Source: Candidatus Babelota bacterium (lineage in GTDB: Bacteria > Babelota > Babeliae > Babelales > RVW-14). From it: 64,000 bases of DNA. Made by a program: the position numbers and the translations under genes. The DNA lies in contig JAFEAY010000003.1 in NCBI GenBank assembly GCA_018266175.1, forward strand, positions 168,642 to 232,641, given 5' to 3'. The notes under the pieces were generated by a model, which was given only the letters and a program-made list of their open reading frames with translations, ran no database searches and was not told the origin of the DNA. Shown piece after piece: positions 1 to 9,071 of the stretch; positions within the stretch are counted from its first letter, which is position 1, and every line of letters starts with the position of its first letter.

Positions 1-117
1 TTCGTCCCACCAACGTTTGTGCAGCTACGTTGGACTTTTGGCATAGCGGTTGCCTATGTCATGGGCATGGAAGTCGCTAAGTTGATGTTTTATCGATTCT
101 TTAAGAAAACGACGTAA
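1..117 (+). CDS. 3' end of a CDS cut by the window edge; hydrophobic helix plus basic tail of an unidentified membrane protein
   Basis: Frame 1 is open from base 1 to TAA at 115-117, giving ...FGIAVAYVMGMEVAKLMFYRFFKKTT*. It is too short to assign a family. Confidence 0.35.
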   Translation, partial: FVPPTFVQLRWTFGIAVAYVMGMEVAKLMFYRFFKKTT

Positions 118-221
118 TGTTTAACGCAAGCTCAATAATTAAAAAAATATGCTCCCCTATGGCTTTAAATTATCAAGTTCGCGTTATTTAAAAGAATTTA
201 ATAAAACTTTGATGGGAAGCT

Positions 222-3167
222 ATGCAATTTATATCACAACTATTTTTAAGTTTTGTTGGTGTTGTGCTGGTAACCAGCAGCGTGGTGCATAGCACTATAA
301 ACCCACTCGTATTTAAAAGAGTACTTGGTTGCTTTAGACCAGGTATGGAAGTATATGCGCCAAATTTGGGGCAAGTTGCTCTTAAAATTGGATTAGTAGA
401 AACAATACGGATGTACGGTGTCCAGCCCGGGTTTGAGACCGATGGTAAGCGCAAGTGGATTAATGATAAAGCACCTGATGGTGATCCAGTGGTTGCACTT
501 GCACGCGTGCTATTTCCATCACCAACAGGACAGTTAACTCCTGAAACAAGTTCACTAAAGAATATTGGTCGATATTTGAAAGTGGCTGATATTGCCAATC
601 TCTTGAATTTTTGTAAGAGAATACGAGATATAGAGCAACATGCACAAAATCATAGATTGTTTTACAAAAAAGAAACACCTCAGTCTCAGTATTGGAATAA
701 GAAAAGCTCTGAGAAAAAAGGAAATAAACTTTCGAATATATTTTATCATAGCAAAAAAAAATCAATTCAAGATTTTTTAGCTTTATTTGATAGATTTTCA
801 GATGATCTTTATTTTCAAGATTTTTTAGAAACTTTCACTTTTGATATTAAAGAAAATGAACAATTCAAAAAACTGATTTATTTTCTCTTTAAAATCATTG
901 AGCGTGAAGAGCGTCTCGACTGGTATCCACAAAATTTATATCCAAAATACCAATCTGAGCAACTCTTAAATGCATTTTTTTGTTTAAAGTTTGGAGCAGA
1001 TGATATCCCAGAGTTATTAGAAAATTTGGACGATTCAATTGTTAATAAAGATGCGTTATTTAAACCATATGAATCATGCTTGTCAAGTAGCTCTGATAGT
1101 GAGATGGTTGATAATGCACAGAGCACACTTATAACACAGGATGATGTAAATGAAGTTCTGCTTAAAGCACAAAACGGACCAAGCGATCTTTCGCTGGATG
1201 ACGTGTGGGTATTATTATCCAAAGATGCATTACTAAACATTACCCCTTACTCAGACACAAAGCTGCCTATTAATAACGGCTTGGTTGATATGTACAATCG
1301 TACAGATGATGAATTAATTGATAATCACCAATTTCCCGATTGTGTTGAAACAACCGTACGCCATTTGTGCAACTTAGCTTTATATTCAGATAAAATCCAA
1401 AGCTTTGATCTTGAGAAGCTCAGAGTTCATATGCAAGGCTCACCGTACCTGAAAAACATAGAAAATTTTTATGCACTTCAGACTCCACACAAAGCAAATT
1501 CAGGAGAGAGGTCAATTCGTAATGCATGGAATAAAGTGGTTGCGGGTGTTGACAATGTGCGCTATTGCAGAAAATATAATGATGCCTATCTGAAAAATTA
1601 TAACGAACTTGATTCCGGAATTATTAATATTCTATCTCTTGTAAATACTATCTTTGTCTTAGATCTTGCACCAAAGCCAGTGTATCAAGATGATGTGCAA
1701 TTTGTTCAAGCAACTTCTCAATGGGTAAAAGATTCTCTACAAAAACTATTTCATGTATTGAGTCCCCAAAAAAAATGTGTAATAAACGTTGCGAATGTAG
1801 AACACTTCAAGCGGCTTGAGGGTGGTCAGATCGATTGTTCTTGTATAATTACAATAACGGTCGATAAGTCCGTTGAGTTTGTCGTAGATGTTATGAGTTC
1901 TCATGCAAAATTTAATTCAATAAAGATAGTAAAAAAAGAAGAACAATTTCCTAATGATCTTTATCAAGCAATCAAAGAAGAAATATATGATTTTAATGCA
2001 ACTGTTTGTGAATCGGTTTGTTTATTAAATAAAAGGTTGCATGATGCAATATCAATACCAATTTATAAGCTTTTTAATCTACCAATTAATGATAGCGCTG
2101 AAATTATCAAAGCACTTGAAAACTTATGCATACTTTTAGAGCAAAAACTTGTTTTAGAAAATTCTGTTGGAATGTATTTGAAGAACTTACTCCAAAGCTT
2201 TTTGTGGTCTGATGTATACATGGCCAAGAGGATTCAGCCAGTCATCAAACAATTCAAACAATTGTTGCGTAATCAGGGTAGATGCCAAGAAATTTTTAAG
2301 CATGAAGTTAAATATATTAACGGTGAGATACTTGATGAAGATGCTGCGGTACTTTTAACATTTTTTTCAGGAGTTGAATCTTTTTCTGGATTAAAAAAAG
2401 ATTCATTTATTTTTAGAATTTCTGAACTAAATGAAGTAATAAAAAAAATTAATCTTTCTGGGTCGGAAATTCAAAAAATAGAAGGCCTAGAAAATTGTCC
2501 GAATCTTGAAGAGCTTATTGTGATGACTGCAAAAAATCTAAGACATATTGAACTGCTATCTCAGATGAGTCTATTAAAAACCATTGATCTTTCAGGAACA
2601 CAGGTTGAAGAGATACAAGGTCTAGAGAATTGCCCAAATCTTCAAAATCTTAACCTGAACGGTATAAATGTAAAAATACTAAAACTGCCTTGTGGTATGA
2701 ATAATTTGAAGCAGATTGATCTTTCTTGCTCGTCTGTTGAAGAAATAATAGGCCTAGAGAATTGCCCAAGCCTTGAAAATATTAGCTTAATATGTTCAAA
2801 AAATTTAAAGATATTAAAGCTCTCACCACAGATGAATCAATTAAAATCAATTAATCTTTCTTGGTCAGTAATTGAACAAATAGATGGTTTAGATAATTGT
2901 AAAAATATTGAAAATCTTGATCTGCATAAGACAAATAACTTAAAAAAGATAAAGCTTTCAGGCAAAATGAATCAATTAAAAACAATTGATGTTAGTCTGT
3001 CAGGGGTGGAGGAAATAGAAATTATGAGTCATATGCCTGAATTAGTTGAAATTAAGGGACTGAACAGCTTGCAAAAAAAACCTCTTTTTAAGGGAATTGA
3101 ATTTTGTTCTTTTGAATTGCAAGAAAAAATTATAGCATATGCAACTATTGCATCCCTCTGTATTTGA
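222..3167 (+). CDS. Large leucine-rich-repeat (LRR) protein with an uncharacterised ~740-aa N-terminal region; effector-like
   Basis: 981-codon ORF. The C-terminal ~200 aa (roughly nt 2450-3050) are tandem ~22-aa LRRs read directly: IEGLENCPNLEELIV, IQGLENCPNLQNLNL, IIGLENCPSLENISL and IDGLDNCKNIENLDL alternate with LKTIDLSGTQVEE-type units (SDS22-like pattern). The N-terminus is hydrophobic (LFLSFVGVVLVTSSVV). Start codon uncertain. Confidence 0.8.
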   Translation: MQFISQLFLSFVGVVLVTSSVVHSTINPLVFKRVLGCFRPGMEVYAPNLGQVALKIGLVETIRMYGVQPGFETDGKRKWINDKAPDGDPVVALARVLFPSPTGQLTPETSSLKNIGRYLKVADIANLLNFCKRIRDIEQHAQNHRLFYKKETPQSQYWNKKSSEKKGNKLSNIFYHSKKKSIQDFLALFDRFSDDLYFQDFLETFTFDIKENEQFKKLIYFLFKIIEREERLDWYPQNLYPKYQSEQLLNAFFCLKFGADDIPELLENLDDSIVNKDALFKPYESCLSSSSDSEMVDNAQSTLITQDDVNEVLLKAQNGPSDLSLDDVWVLLSKDALLNITPYSDTKLPINNGLVDMYNRTDDELIDNHQFPDCVETTVRHLCNLALYSDKIQSFDLEKLRVHMQGSPYLKNIENFYALQTPHKANSGERSIRNAWNKVVAGVDNVRYCRKYNDAYLKNYNELDSGIINILSLVNTIFVLDLAPKPVYQDDVQFVQATSQWVKDSLQKLFHVLSPQKKCVINVANVEHFKRLEGGQIDCSCIITITVDKSVEFVVDVMSSHAKFNSIKIVKKEEQFPNDLYQAIKEEIYDFNATVCESVCLLNKRLHDAISIPIYKLFNLPINDSAEIIKALENLCILLEQKLVLENSVGMYLKNLLQSFLWSDVYMAKRIQPVIKQFKQLLRNQGRCQEIFKHEVKYINGEILDEDAAVLLTFFSGVESFSGLKKDSFIFRISELNEVIKKINLSGSEIQKIEGLENCPNLEELIVMTAKNLRHIELLSQMSLLKTIDLSGTQVEEIQGLENCPNLQNLNLNGINVKILKLPCGMNNLKQIDLSCSSVEEIIGLENCPSLENISLICSKNLKILKLSPQMNQLKSINLSWSVIEQIDGLDNCKNIENLDLHKTNNLKKIKLSGKMNQLKTIDVSLSGVEEIEIMSHMPELVEIKGLNSLQKKPLFKGIEFCSFELQEKIIAYATIASLCI

Positions 3168-3226
3168 GACTTTAACTCGCTCATAGAAAATCGTATTCTT
3201 TTTAAACATTATCGAGTTCGCGCTAC

Positions 3227-4654
3227 TTACCCTAAAAATGGATATGCTCGCATACAAAAGTTATCAGCTTGAGGCTTTTTAAAATAATGACGGGCATTCC
3301 ATTTACTCAAATCACTTTTAACGTGAAGCATAACAAACGAATGATAACCGGTAATATGATCTGAAGCACCAAGCGTATAAACAGCTCCGTCCCATTGCCG
3401 AACAACACCTGCCTGCTTTCTGATGAGTGAAAGCATTGGACTGTCCACCTGCAACGCATCAATTTTTTCATCCAAGTGCTGATGCCCACGCATAATCGCA
3501 TGTACTGCAACCAGATCATTTGAACGCTGTTTTAAAAGATTTTGGGTAGCACGTTTGCCAAGATAGAGCCTACGACGTCCGGCTGAAAATGCAAACTCAG
3601 GCTGCCCCTGATCGTCCGTTAAAAAATTGTTCCACTGCATGCCAATGCGCATTTGATAAGCGCTGATATCAGAAGCAAGATTAACTGGCTCCGCGACCTG
3701 AAAATGCTTTTCAAAGCCCGTAGCTTCCTGTGAAGCACAATAATCAAAAGCCTTTTGTACATCACCAATAAATGATGAATCAACAAGTTGTTGCTTAAGA
3801 GACTCAAGCCCAGCGTAGCGATCAAACGTAGTAAGTAAGCAAAAAGAAGAACTACTTGATAAAAAACTTTGTGGATTGTAACCAACTTCAAGACCAGCAT
3901 GACACAGCTTAACAAAATTTATGCGACCGCTCTGATCAGGTGTCCCCAGATAGAGTGCCAAAGGCAGATAATCAAACCAATAGAGCAAATCGGGGTATTT
4001 ATAATCAGAAAACCGCTGCTCAAGCTCACATAAAAATGTTTTTTGTGCAGGATAATCTTGGCCATCAGCTTGCGCTTGAAAGAAACGCTTTTGGAAATTT
4101 TTTGAAGTCAATGCATACTCGTGGTTTCCACGAAGCATCACAACGCGACCTGGGTTGGTAACAAACAACTTGCACAGTAAATAAACCACGCCAATGCTGT
4201 TAACACCACGATTAATGTAATCGCCAAGAAAAACAAAATAAACATCGTCACGAATGAAGCGGAATTGGTCGTCTAGATATCCGGTCTGCTCAAGCTCTTG
4301 TAATATTGCAAGCAAGGCATCTAAATCTCCATGCAGATCGCCAATAACAATAACTTTTGAATCTGGCTTCACGACCAATTTTTGTATAAAGGGGGTAAAG
4401 TGAGAACTTGAATCGTGCTGCCCAGCTATGGCATAGCTTGCAAGATCTGGCATTAAAAATTGCGCTGCTGGCATTTGCGCATCAAACCATGATGCTTGAC
4501 TCAGTTGCTGCGTAAGCGCAGAAATGTAGCGATTAATCATCGCTTTGAAGTCGTTATGACAAAGCTCCTGCATCTGTTGTTTTATTTCTTCACTTTTTGA
4601 TCGGTATACCTGCGAAGTCTTTTGACATTCGCTTAATGCAGGTTGGTTCATCAA
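3227..4654 (-). CDS. PPP-family (calcineurin-like metallophosphoesterase) Ser/Thr protein phosphatase, eukaryote-like
   Basis: The canonical PPP motifs occur in order: VIVIGDLHGDL (GDxHG), FLGDYINRG (GDxxxRG), LRGNHE (GNHE), then CHAGL and MRGHQH. No N-terminal signal peptide. Confidence 0.85.
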   Translation of the reverse strand: MMNQPALSECQKTSQVYRSKSEEIKQQMQELCHNDFKAMINRYISALTQQLSQASWFDAQMPAAQFLMPDLASYAIAGQHDSSSHFTPFIQKLVVKPDSKVIVIGDLHGDLDALLAILQELEQTGYLDDQFRFIRDDVYFVFLGDYINRGVNSIGVVYLLCKLFVTNPGRVVMLRGNHEYALTSKNFQKRFFQAQADGQDYPAQKTFLCELEQRFSDYKYPDLLYWFDYLPLALYLGTPDQSGRINFVKLCHAGLEVGYNPQSFLSSSSSFCLLTTFDRYAGLESLKQQLVDSSFIGDVQKAFDYCASQEATGFEKHFQVAEPVNLASDISAYQMRIGMQWNNFLTDDQGQPEFAFSAGRRRLYLGKRATQNLLKQRSNDLVAVHAIMRGHQHLDEKIDALQVDSPMLSLIRKQAGVVRQWDGAVYTLGASDHITGYHSFVMLHVKSDLSKWNARHYFKKPQADNFCMRAYPFLG

Positions 4655-4700
4655 ACACCTCTTAATCTATCGCGCCAGCTTTGTTCACATCCCTATTTTC

Positions 4701-4729
4701 ATTCTAGGGCGTGCAGCAGATACTGTCAA
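4701..4729 (-). promoter_or_regulatory. Sigma70-type promoter for the PPP phosphatase gene
   Basis: The minus strand reads TTGACA (4729-4724), a 17-nt spacer, then TAGAAT (4706-4701), about 45 nt upstream of the ATG at 4654. A 9-bp-stem hairpin (ttgcgacat/atgtcgcaa, 4730-4754) abuts the -35. Confidence 0.55.
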
Positions 4730-4807
4730 TTGCGACATAACTTTAATGTCGCAAACATCTCGACAGAGAGGCCTGTTTTTTGAAATTAAATTCAAACTGA
4801 AGCAGTA

Positions 4808-6064
4808 TTACCACTTTCCACGCAATAAATCTTGCAGGTAAAGACAATGTTCTTCGTGTGCTTGTAAGATAGCAGCGTCATGATTTTGAAACTCATGACA
4901 ATACTGACAGTATAAAATAACATTATTGTTACTGTTATTATTTGAGGCAACTGTTTGATTATCAACTCTGGTATCAATATTACAACTTACTAATGGAGCA
5001 ACATCACACAACAAAGTCCTTTGGCCGGGTACTAACGGTTTTTGATGCGATTGGTAGGGTAGCGGTTGTGATTGAAAACTTTGAGTCGGATAATGTCGTG
5101 GTTGATAATATTGATTTTGGTTATTTTGTTGATCAAATTCCTGAAACTGCATAACGGGATAACGAGTCGGCACTTGATGGTAAACAAAAGGTACTCCTTG
5201 CTCGGGTAAAACATACACAGCAGGAGCATTAATCGACAGATGAATATTAATATTATTATTTATATTGTTAAAAGTTGGCACACCGAAAGGTTGCTCATTA
5301 TCAGAACTATTACAGACCTCAGGCACAGAATCGCTATTGGATCCTTGCCGAGACAAACATAATTTTTTATGATTTTTTAAATATTTTTTTTCGGGATAGA
5401 TAAAATTTTTACAATACTGACAATAAATTTCATGCTCAGAATTCGAAGCGATTATGCAATGCTCAATAAAGTCCTTGATTGATTCAAACTGAGGCAAGCT
5501 TGGACACTTTAAACAAATGTAATGCTTAGTCACTAGATGACTTTTCAGTGAATTCATACTGATAAATTTGTTACTTTTTCGATTACAATCTTTACCGCAG
5601 AATGGACATTTCAAATCCTTTGGAAATAATTGATCTCTTCTCAATGAATATTTCTTTCGCTCAAGCCTGATGAGGCAATTACGTTCATGAGTTGCTAAAT
5701 TATGAGGACATTTTGTCACATGATTTTCACAATACTGGCAAAAAGTACGCTCGTGCTGCATATCTTTGCAATGCTGTACAAGCTGGGCACGTGAAGCAAA
5801 TGGCCCTAAATCGGGACAATACCAGCAAACGTTATGCTGCGTCATCAAATGAGATCTTAAATTCAATTCATGAGTAAAAGGCTCATGATTCCTATCGCAA
5901 TTTGTAAACGAGCAGCATAAGTCGTCTAAATCACTGTGAAGAACCCTCTTCGCTTCTGGTTGTTCAAATTGATCATTATTTGTTCTTTTCATTGAAAAAA
6001 GTGATGAAAAACCAAGTAACATGAGAGAAAAAGAGAGTAATTTGATGACATCATGAGTTTTCAT
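4808..6064 (-). CDS. Exported multi-zinc-finger protein, family member 1 (C-x2-C-x13-H-x3-C units, Q/N-rich linker)
   Basis: Start set at the ATG at 6064 (GGAGG 4 nt upstream, identical to paralogue 6178-6837) rather than the track start at 6106. Signal-peptide-like MKTHDVIKLLSFSLMLLGFSSLFS. Fingers include CQYCENHVTKCPHNLATHERNC, CQYCKNFIYPEKKYLKNHKKLC, CQYCHEFQNHDAAILQAHEEHC and several CxxC...H...H units. Confidence 0.75.
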   Translation of the reverse strand: MKTHDVIKLLSFSLMLLGFSSLFSMKRTNNDQFEQPEAKRVLHSDLDDLCCSFTNCDRNHEPFTHELNLRSHLMTQHNVCWYCPDLGPFASRAQLVQHCKDMQHERTFCQYCENHVTKCPHNLATHERNCLIRLERKKYSLRRDQLFPKDLKCPFCGKDCNRKSNKFISMNSLKSHLVTKHYICLKCPSLPQFESIKDFIEHCIIASNSEHEIYCQYCKNFIYPEKKYLKNHKKLCLSRQGSNSDSVPEVCNSSDNEQPFGVPTFNNINNNINIHLSINAPAVYVLPEQGVPFVYHQVPTRYPVMQFQEFDQQNNQNQYYQPRHYPTQSFQSQPLPYQSHQKPLVPGQRTLLCDVAPLVSCNIDTRVDNQTVASNNNSNNNVILYCQYCHEFQNHDAAILQAHEEHCLYLQDLLRGKW

Positions 6065-6177
6065 AAGACCTCCATTGCCTACATCCACTAAAACGAATCC
6101 AATCATTCAAGCTTGAAGCACAATAAACTTATTCCATTTTTTTCTTAACACCGATTATTCAATCAACTGAAGCGGTA

Positions 6178-6837
6178 TTACCAATTTCCGCGTGCTAAAT
6201 CTTGCAGGCAAAGACAATTGTCCTCATGCTCGTGTAAGGCTGCAACATCATACGTTGAAAAATCATCGCAATACTGGCAATACAAAATATTATTATTATT
6301 GTTATTGTTATTATTTGCGGGAACAACTTGGCTTTCAGTTCTAGCATTAGTGCTATAACTTGCCAATGGAGCAACACCACATGACAAAGTCACCTGAACT
6401 GGCTGTGGTTGATAATGAGGAACATTCATATAAATGTTATTATTCAAGTTATTATAAACATTCACCGTATGCGGTTGCATCTGGTGCATAATATTACTTA
6501 CTGAGTTCTGAATAGGATTAATAGACTTTACATATTTTTCCCAACAATGGGCTCTTAGTTGATCACGCGAAGCAAAAACCTCTAAATCGGGACAATATGG
6601 ACAAACATTGTGCTTAGATGCTAAGTGTAATTTCAACATATGATCACTAGGAAGCGGATTACTGCTATTTGGGCAGAAATCAAAAGGACAGCACAAATCC
6701 AGGTCGATTTGAATAACCTTCTTTGGTTGTGGCGCTTTAAATTGATCATTATTTGATCGCTTCATGGGCAACAGGAACGTAAAGCCAAGGAATATCGCAA
6801 AAAGAGATAATAATTTAATAACATCATGAGTTTTCAT
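6178..6837 (-). CDS. Exported zinc-finger protein, family member 2 (short paralogue)
   Basis: N-terminus MKTHDVIKLLSLFAIFLGFTFLLPMKRSNNDQF and C-terminus NNNNILYCQYCDDFSTYDVAALHEHEDNCLCLQDLARGNW align with member 1. GGAGG lies before the ATG. Confidence 0.75.
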   Translation of the reverse strand: MKTHDVIKLLSLFAIFLGFTFLLPMKRSNNDQFKAPQPKKVIQIDLDLCCPFDFCPNSSNPLPSDHMLKLHLASKHNVCPYCPDLEVFASRDQLRAHCWEKYVKSINPIQNSVSNIMHQMQPHTVNVYNNLNNNIYMNVPHYQPQPVQVTLSCGVAPLASYSTNARTESQVVPANNNNNNNNNILYCQYCDDFSTYDVAALHEHEDNCLCLQDLARGNW

Positions 6838-6881
6838 AAGACCTCCATTTTTTAAGTCTAAAACTGAACTTATAAAAATAG

Positions 6882-6910
6882 AGCTTATTATTAAATTTTC
6901 AATCTGTCAA
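6882..6910 (-). promoter_or_regulatory. Sigma70-type promoter of zinc-finger member 2; core shared with member 4
   Basis: The minus strand reads TTGACAgattgaaaatttaataaTAAGCT (17-nt spacer). The string TTGACAGATTGAA(A/T)ATTTA recurs at 11195 upstream of member 4. Confidence 0.5.
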
Positions 6911-7032
6911 GTTTGGTAAGATTTGCCCAATATAACAACAAGCCTTGATTCAGGAATAGTTCTTGCGATTGCCTCAATTAAACCTGAATACAAAATATCT
7001 TGGATATAGTGAACAATGATCGACACGGATCG

Positions 7033-7671
7033 TTATTCTTCATGAACAAAGTCTTGCAAAAAAGAGCAGATTTCTTCGTGTTCCCTGAATATATCAACAT
7101 CCTGAGCTTCAAAAAGACGACAATACTTACAACACAAAAGAATATCATCACAACTGTCATGACTGCCATCATCATAATTTAATGAATTACATACATGCAA
7201 TTCAGCTCGAGTAGTCGTTATGAATGGGCACTTACTACAAATAAAAATACCATGTTCAGCGTGGCTCCTTTGAACATGGATTATAAAACGAGTTCTATCA
7301 TCTCTGATTGAAACCTTACCAAATGAAGGAATCGTGCACCAAGGACATTTTAAATGCATATGTATTGAATGGTCCCATGCCTTTTCTTTTATGCTGAAAC
7401 CGATACGGCAAGCCTCACACACAGCATCACTCAGTCGAAATTCTAGAAATGGCTGCTGATTATTATTGTATGCACTCGAAGCATAATGAATTTGAGCGTG
7501 ATGCAAAGGCATCTGACAGTAAGTAACAGATTTCTTAAATGCCAATTTCTTTACCGATTGTTCTAATAATGATTGATACGATCCGTTCATGGTAAAAACC
7601 GGCGCAAAGCCGATTAAACAACCAGATATTGATAACAATGTAACAACACAATTCATTAGATCCCTATGCAC
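7033..7671 (-). CDS. Exported zinc-finger protein, family member 3
   Basis: Signal-peptide-like MNCVVTLLSISGCLIGFAPVFT. CxxC/H motifs include CEACRIG...HSIHMH, CPWC...HVQRSH and CSKC. The C-terminal finger LLCCKYCRLFEAQDVDIFREHEEICSFLQDF is homologous to members 1 and 2. An alternative ATG at 7656 overlaps the upstream stop as TAATG. Confidence 0.7.
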   Translation of the reverse strand: MHRDLMNCVVTLLSISGCLIGFAPVFTMNGSYQSLLEQSVKKLAFKKSVTYCQMPLHHAQIHYASSAYNNNQQPFLEFRLSDAVCEACRIGFSIKEKAWDHSIHMHLKCPWCTIPSFGKVSIRDDRTRFIIHVQRSHAEHGIFICSKCPFITTTRAELHVCNSLNYDDGSHDSCDDILLCCKYCRLFEAQDVDIFREHEEICSFLQDFVHEE

Positions 7672-8990
7672 CTATTGCTCAGCAAGTCAATTGTCTCAAG
7701 AGCATCCCGAACAGGTTTGTCCCCACGAATCGCAGCACTCATTTCGTCAAGCATAATTTTACGAATTTCAGGAAATTTTGGTAATAAAATTCCACGCGAA
7801 AATTCTTGTGATTGGCTCAAAAGTGATTCAATGGCAACTAAAGCAGCCTGTTGTGCAAGAGCACTTTTATAGAGAAAAGAATTAGACCTTATTGCTTGAT
7901 GTGCCGCTTGAATAACCGGAATATAGCCAGACTGTTGATGCCATTTCATCTGGGTATCAACTGAAATAAGATACTGGAAAAAATGGGCTATTGCCTGATA
8001 GGTTTCTTGGTCGTATCCATCCAAAGCCCAAAATGATGCCCCACCAGCAATAGTGTTATAGGGCTTTTCAACTTCACAGCTCCAGTAAGGCAAAGCAGCA
8101 ACTCCCACTTCGAAAGAATCGTGCAACATAGCCTGGATAATCGGAAGCCGATTTGAACCCTGAAGCAACATAACTATCTCTTGATTTACAAACGCTTTCT
8201 CTACATCTGAAGCACTCTTAAGGGTTAACCAACCATTTTGGTACCACGTATGCAAGGCAGAAAAATGTCGATTAAAAAATGGAGAATTTAAGCACAGCTG
8301 TGCATCATCACCATCAACTCCATTACCCTGCGTAGCAATTGCTTGATTATGCCATGCTGCAGATTGGTCTATAAAATGGCCGTGTAACCACCCTGCTCCC
8401 AAAACATTTTGAGCGCCATGTTCTTTTAAGCTCTTTGCAATATCTTGAAAGAGTTCCCATGTAGTTGGTGGCACGAGTCCAAGTTCATCAAATTTTGTTT
8501 TGTTATAAAAAAGAATAACTGTTGAAGCGTTAAACGGCAGAGAACAAAGCTCTGTTGCCCGTGCCCTGTAAAACTGAGCAATAGTCGGCAAGAATAAAGA
8601 ATCATCGAGCTTAGCACCTATAGTCTTCATGACATCAGGAAGACTTTTAAACAGTGCCCTCTTTTGCTGCTCTTGATGCATAACACGCGTACCCATTTCA
8701 TAAATCTGAGCAATATGAGGCCGAGCCTCTTTTTCTTCTGAATCAGAGTCTTGGTTGATAACAGCATCTAAGGTCTGGTCATAGGTTCCCTTAAACACTG
8801 GTTTGATTTCTATATTCAAAGATGTTTTATTGTAATCATCAACAATTTCATTAAAAATTTTTCCCAATACCGAATCCATTGCATGCCAAACGATAATTGT
8901 TTTCTTGGCTGAGCATCTGTTCATGCAAATGATACCGATTAATAAACCTGTTATACTGATAACGCTTATAAATTTTTTTATGTTTTTCAT
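7656..8990 (-). CDS. ABC-transporter periplasmic substrate-binding protein, family 1, UgpB-like (sn-glycerol-3-phosphate type)
   Basis: Blocks recalled from UgpB-type binding proteins: IIVWHAMDSVLGK, SLPFNASTVILFYNKTKFDELGL, IAGGASFWALDGYDQETY, WHQQSGYIPV. Start set at the ATG at 8990 (GGAG upstream; MKNIKKFISVISITGLLIGIIC). No permease or ATPase gene adjacent. Confidence 0.7.
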   Translation of the reverse strand: MKNIKKFISVISITGLLIGIICMNRCSAKKTIIVWHAMDSVLGKIFNEIVDDYNKTSLNIEIKPVFKGTYDQTLDAVINQDSDSEEKEARPHIAQIYEMGTRVMHQEQQKRALFKSLPDVMKTIGAKLDDSLFLPTIAQFYRARATELCSLPFNASTVILFYNKTKFDELGLVPPTTWELFQDIAKSLKEHGAQNVLGAGWLHGHFIDQSAAWHNQAIATQGNGVDGDDAQLCLNSPFFNRHFSALHTWYQNGWLTLKSASDVEKAFVNQEIVMLLQGSNRLPIIQAMLHDSFEVGVAALPYWSCEVEKPYNTIAGGASFWALDGYDQETYQAIAHFFQYLISVDTQMKWHQQSGYIPVIQAAHQAIRSNSFLYKSALAQQAALVAIESLLSQSQEFSRGILLPKFPEIRKIMLDEMSAAIRGDKPVRDALETIDLLSNRCIGI

Positions 8991-9007
8991 CCAGAGCTCC
9001 AAATCTC

Positions 9008-9031
9008 AAGGGCCTGCATATGCAAGCCCTT
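9008..9031 (-). terminator. Palindromic hairpin between thrS and the SBP gene (possible thrS terminator or attenuator)
   Basis: aagggcctgcat/atgcaagccctt is a near-perfect palindrome flanked by A/T runs on both sides, located 41 nt after the thrS stop. Confidence 0.4.
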
Positions 9032-9071
9032 TTTAAATCTCATTTTTTTTCAAGTAAGCGATTCACAAGCA

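Noticed and set aside
188-765. Antisense and overlapping ORFs in the track (for example 188-598, 460-765, 878-1240 minus strand; similar shadows at 20643-21397, 36703-37242, 44141-44742)
   Set aside because: They lie entirely inside longer ORFs that have recognisable domains or paralogues. They lack ribosome-binding sites and have low-complexity or implausible compositions. I treat them as shadow ORFs.
1290-1390. Possible papain/OTU-like catalytic Cys in the LRR protein N-terminal region (QFPDCVETTVRHLCNLALY)
   Set aside because: It is a single short motif. I found no convincing downstream His or Asp partner and no paralogue for comparison, so the support is insufficient.
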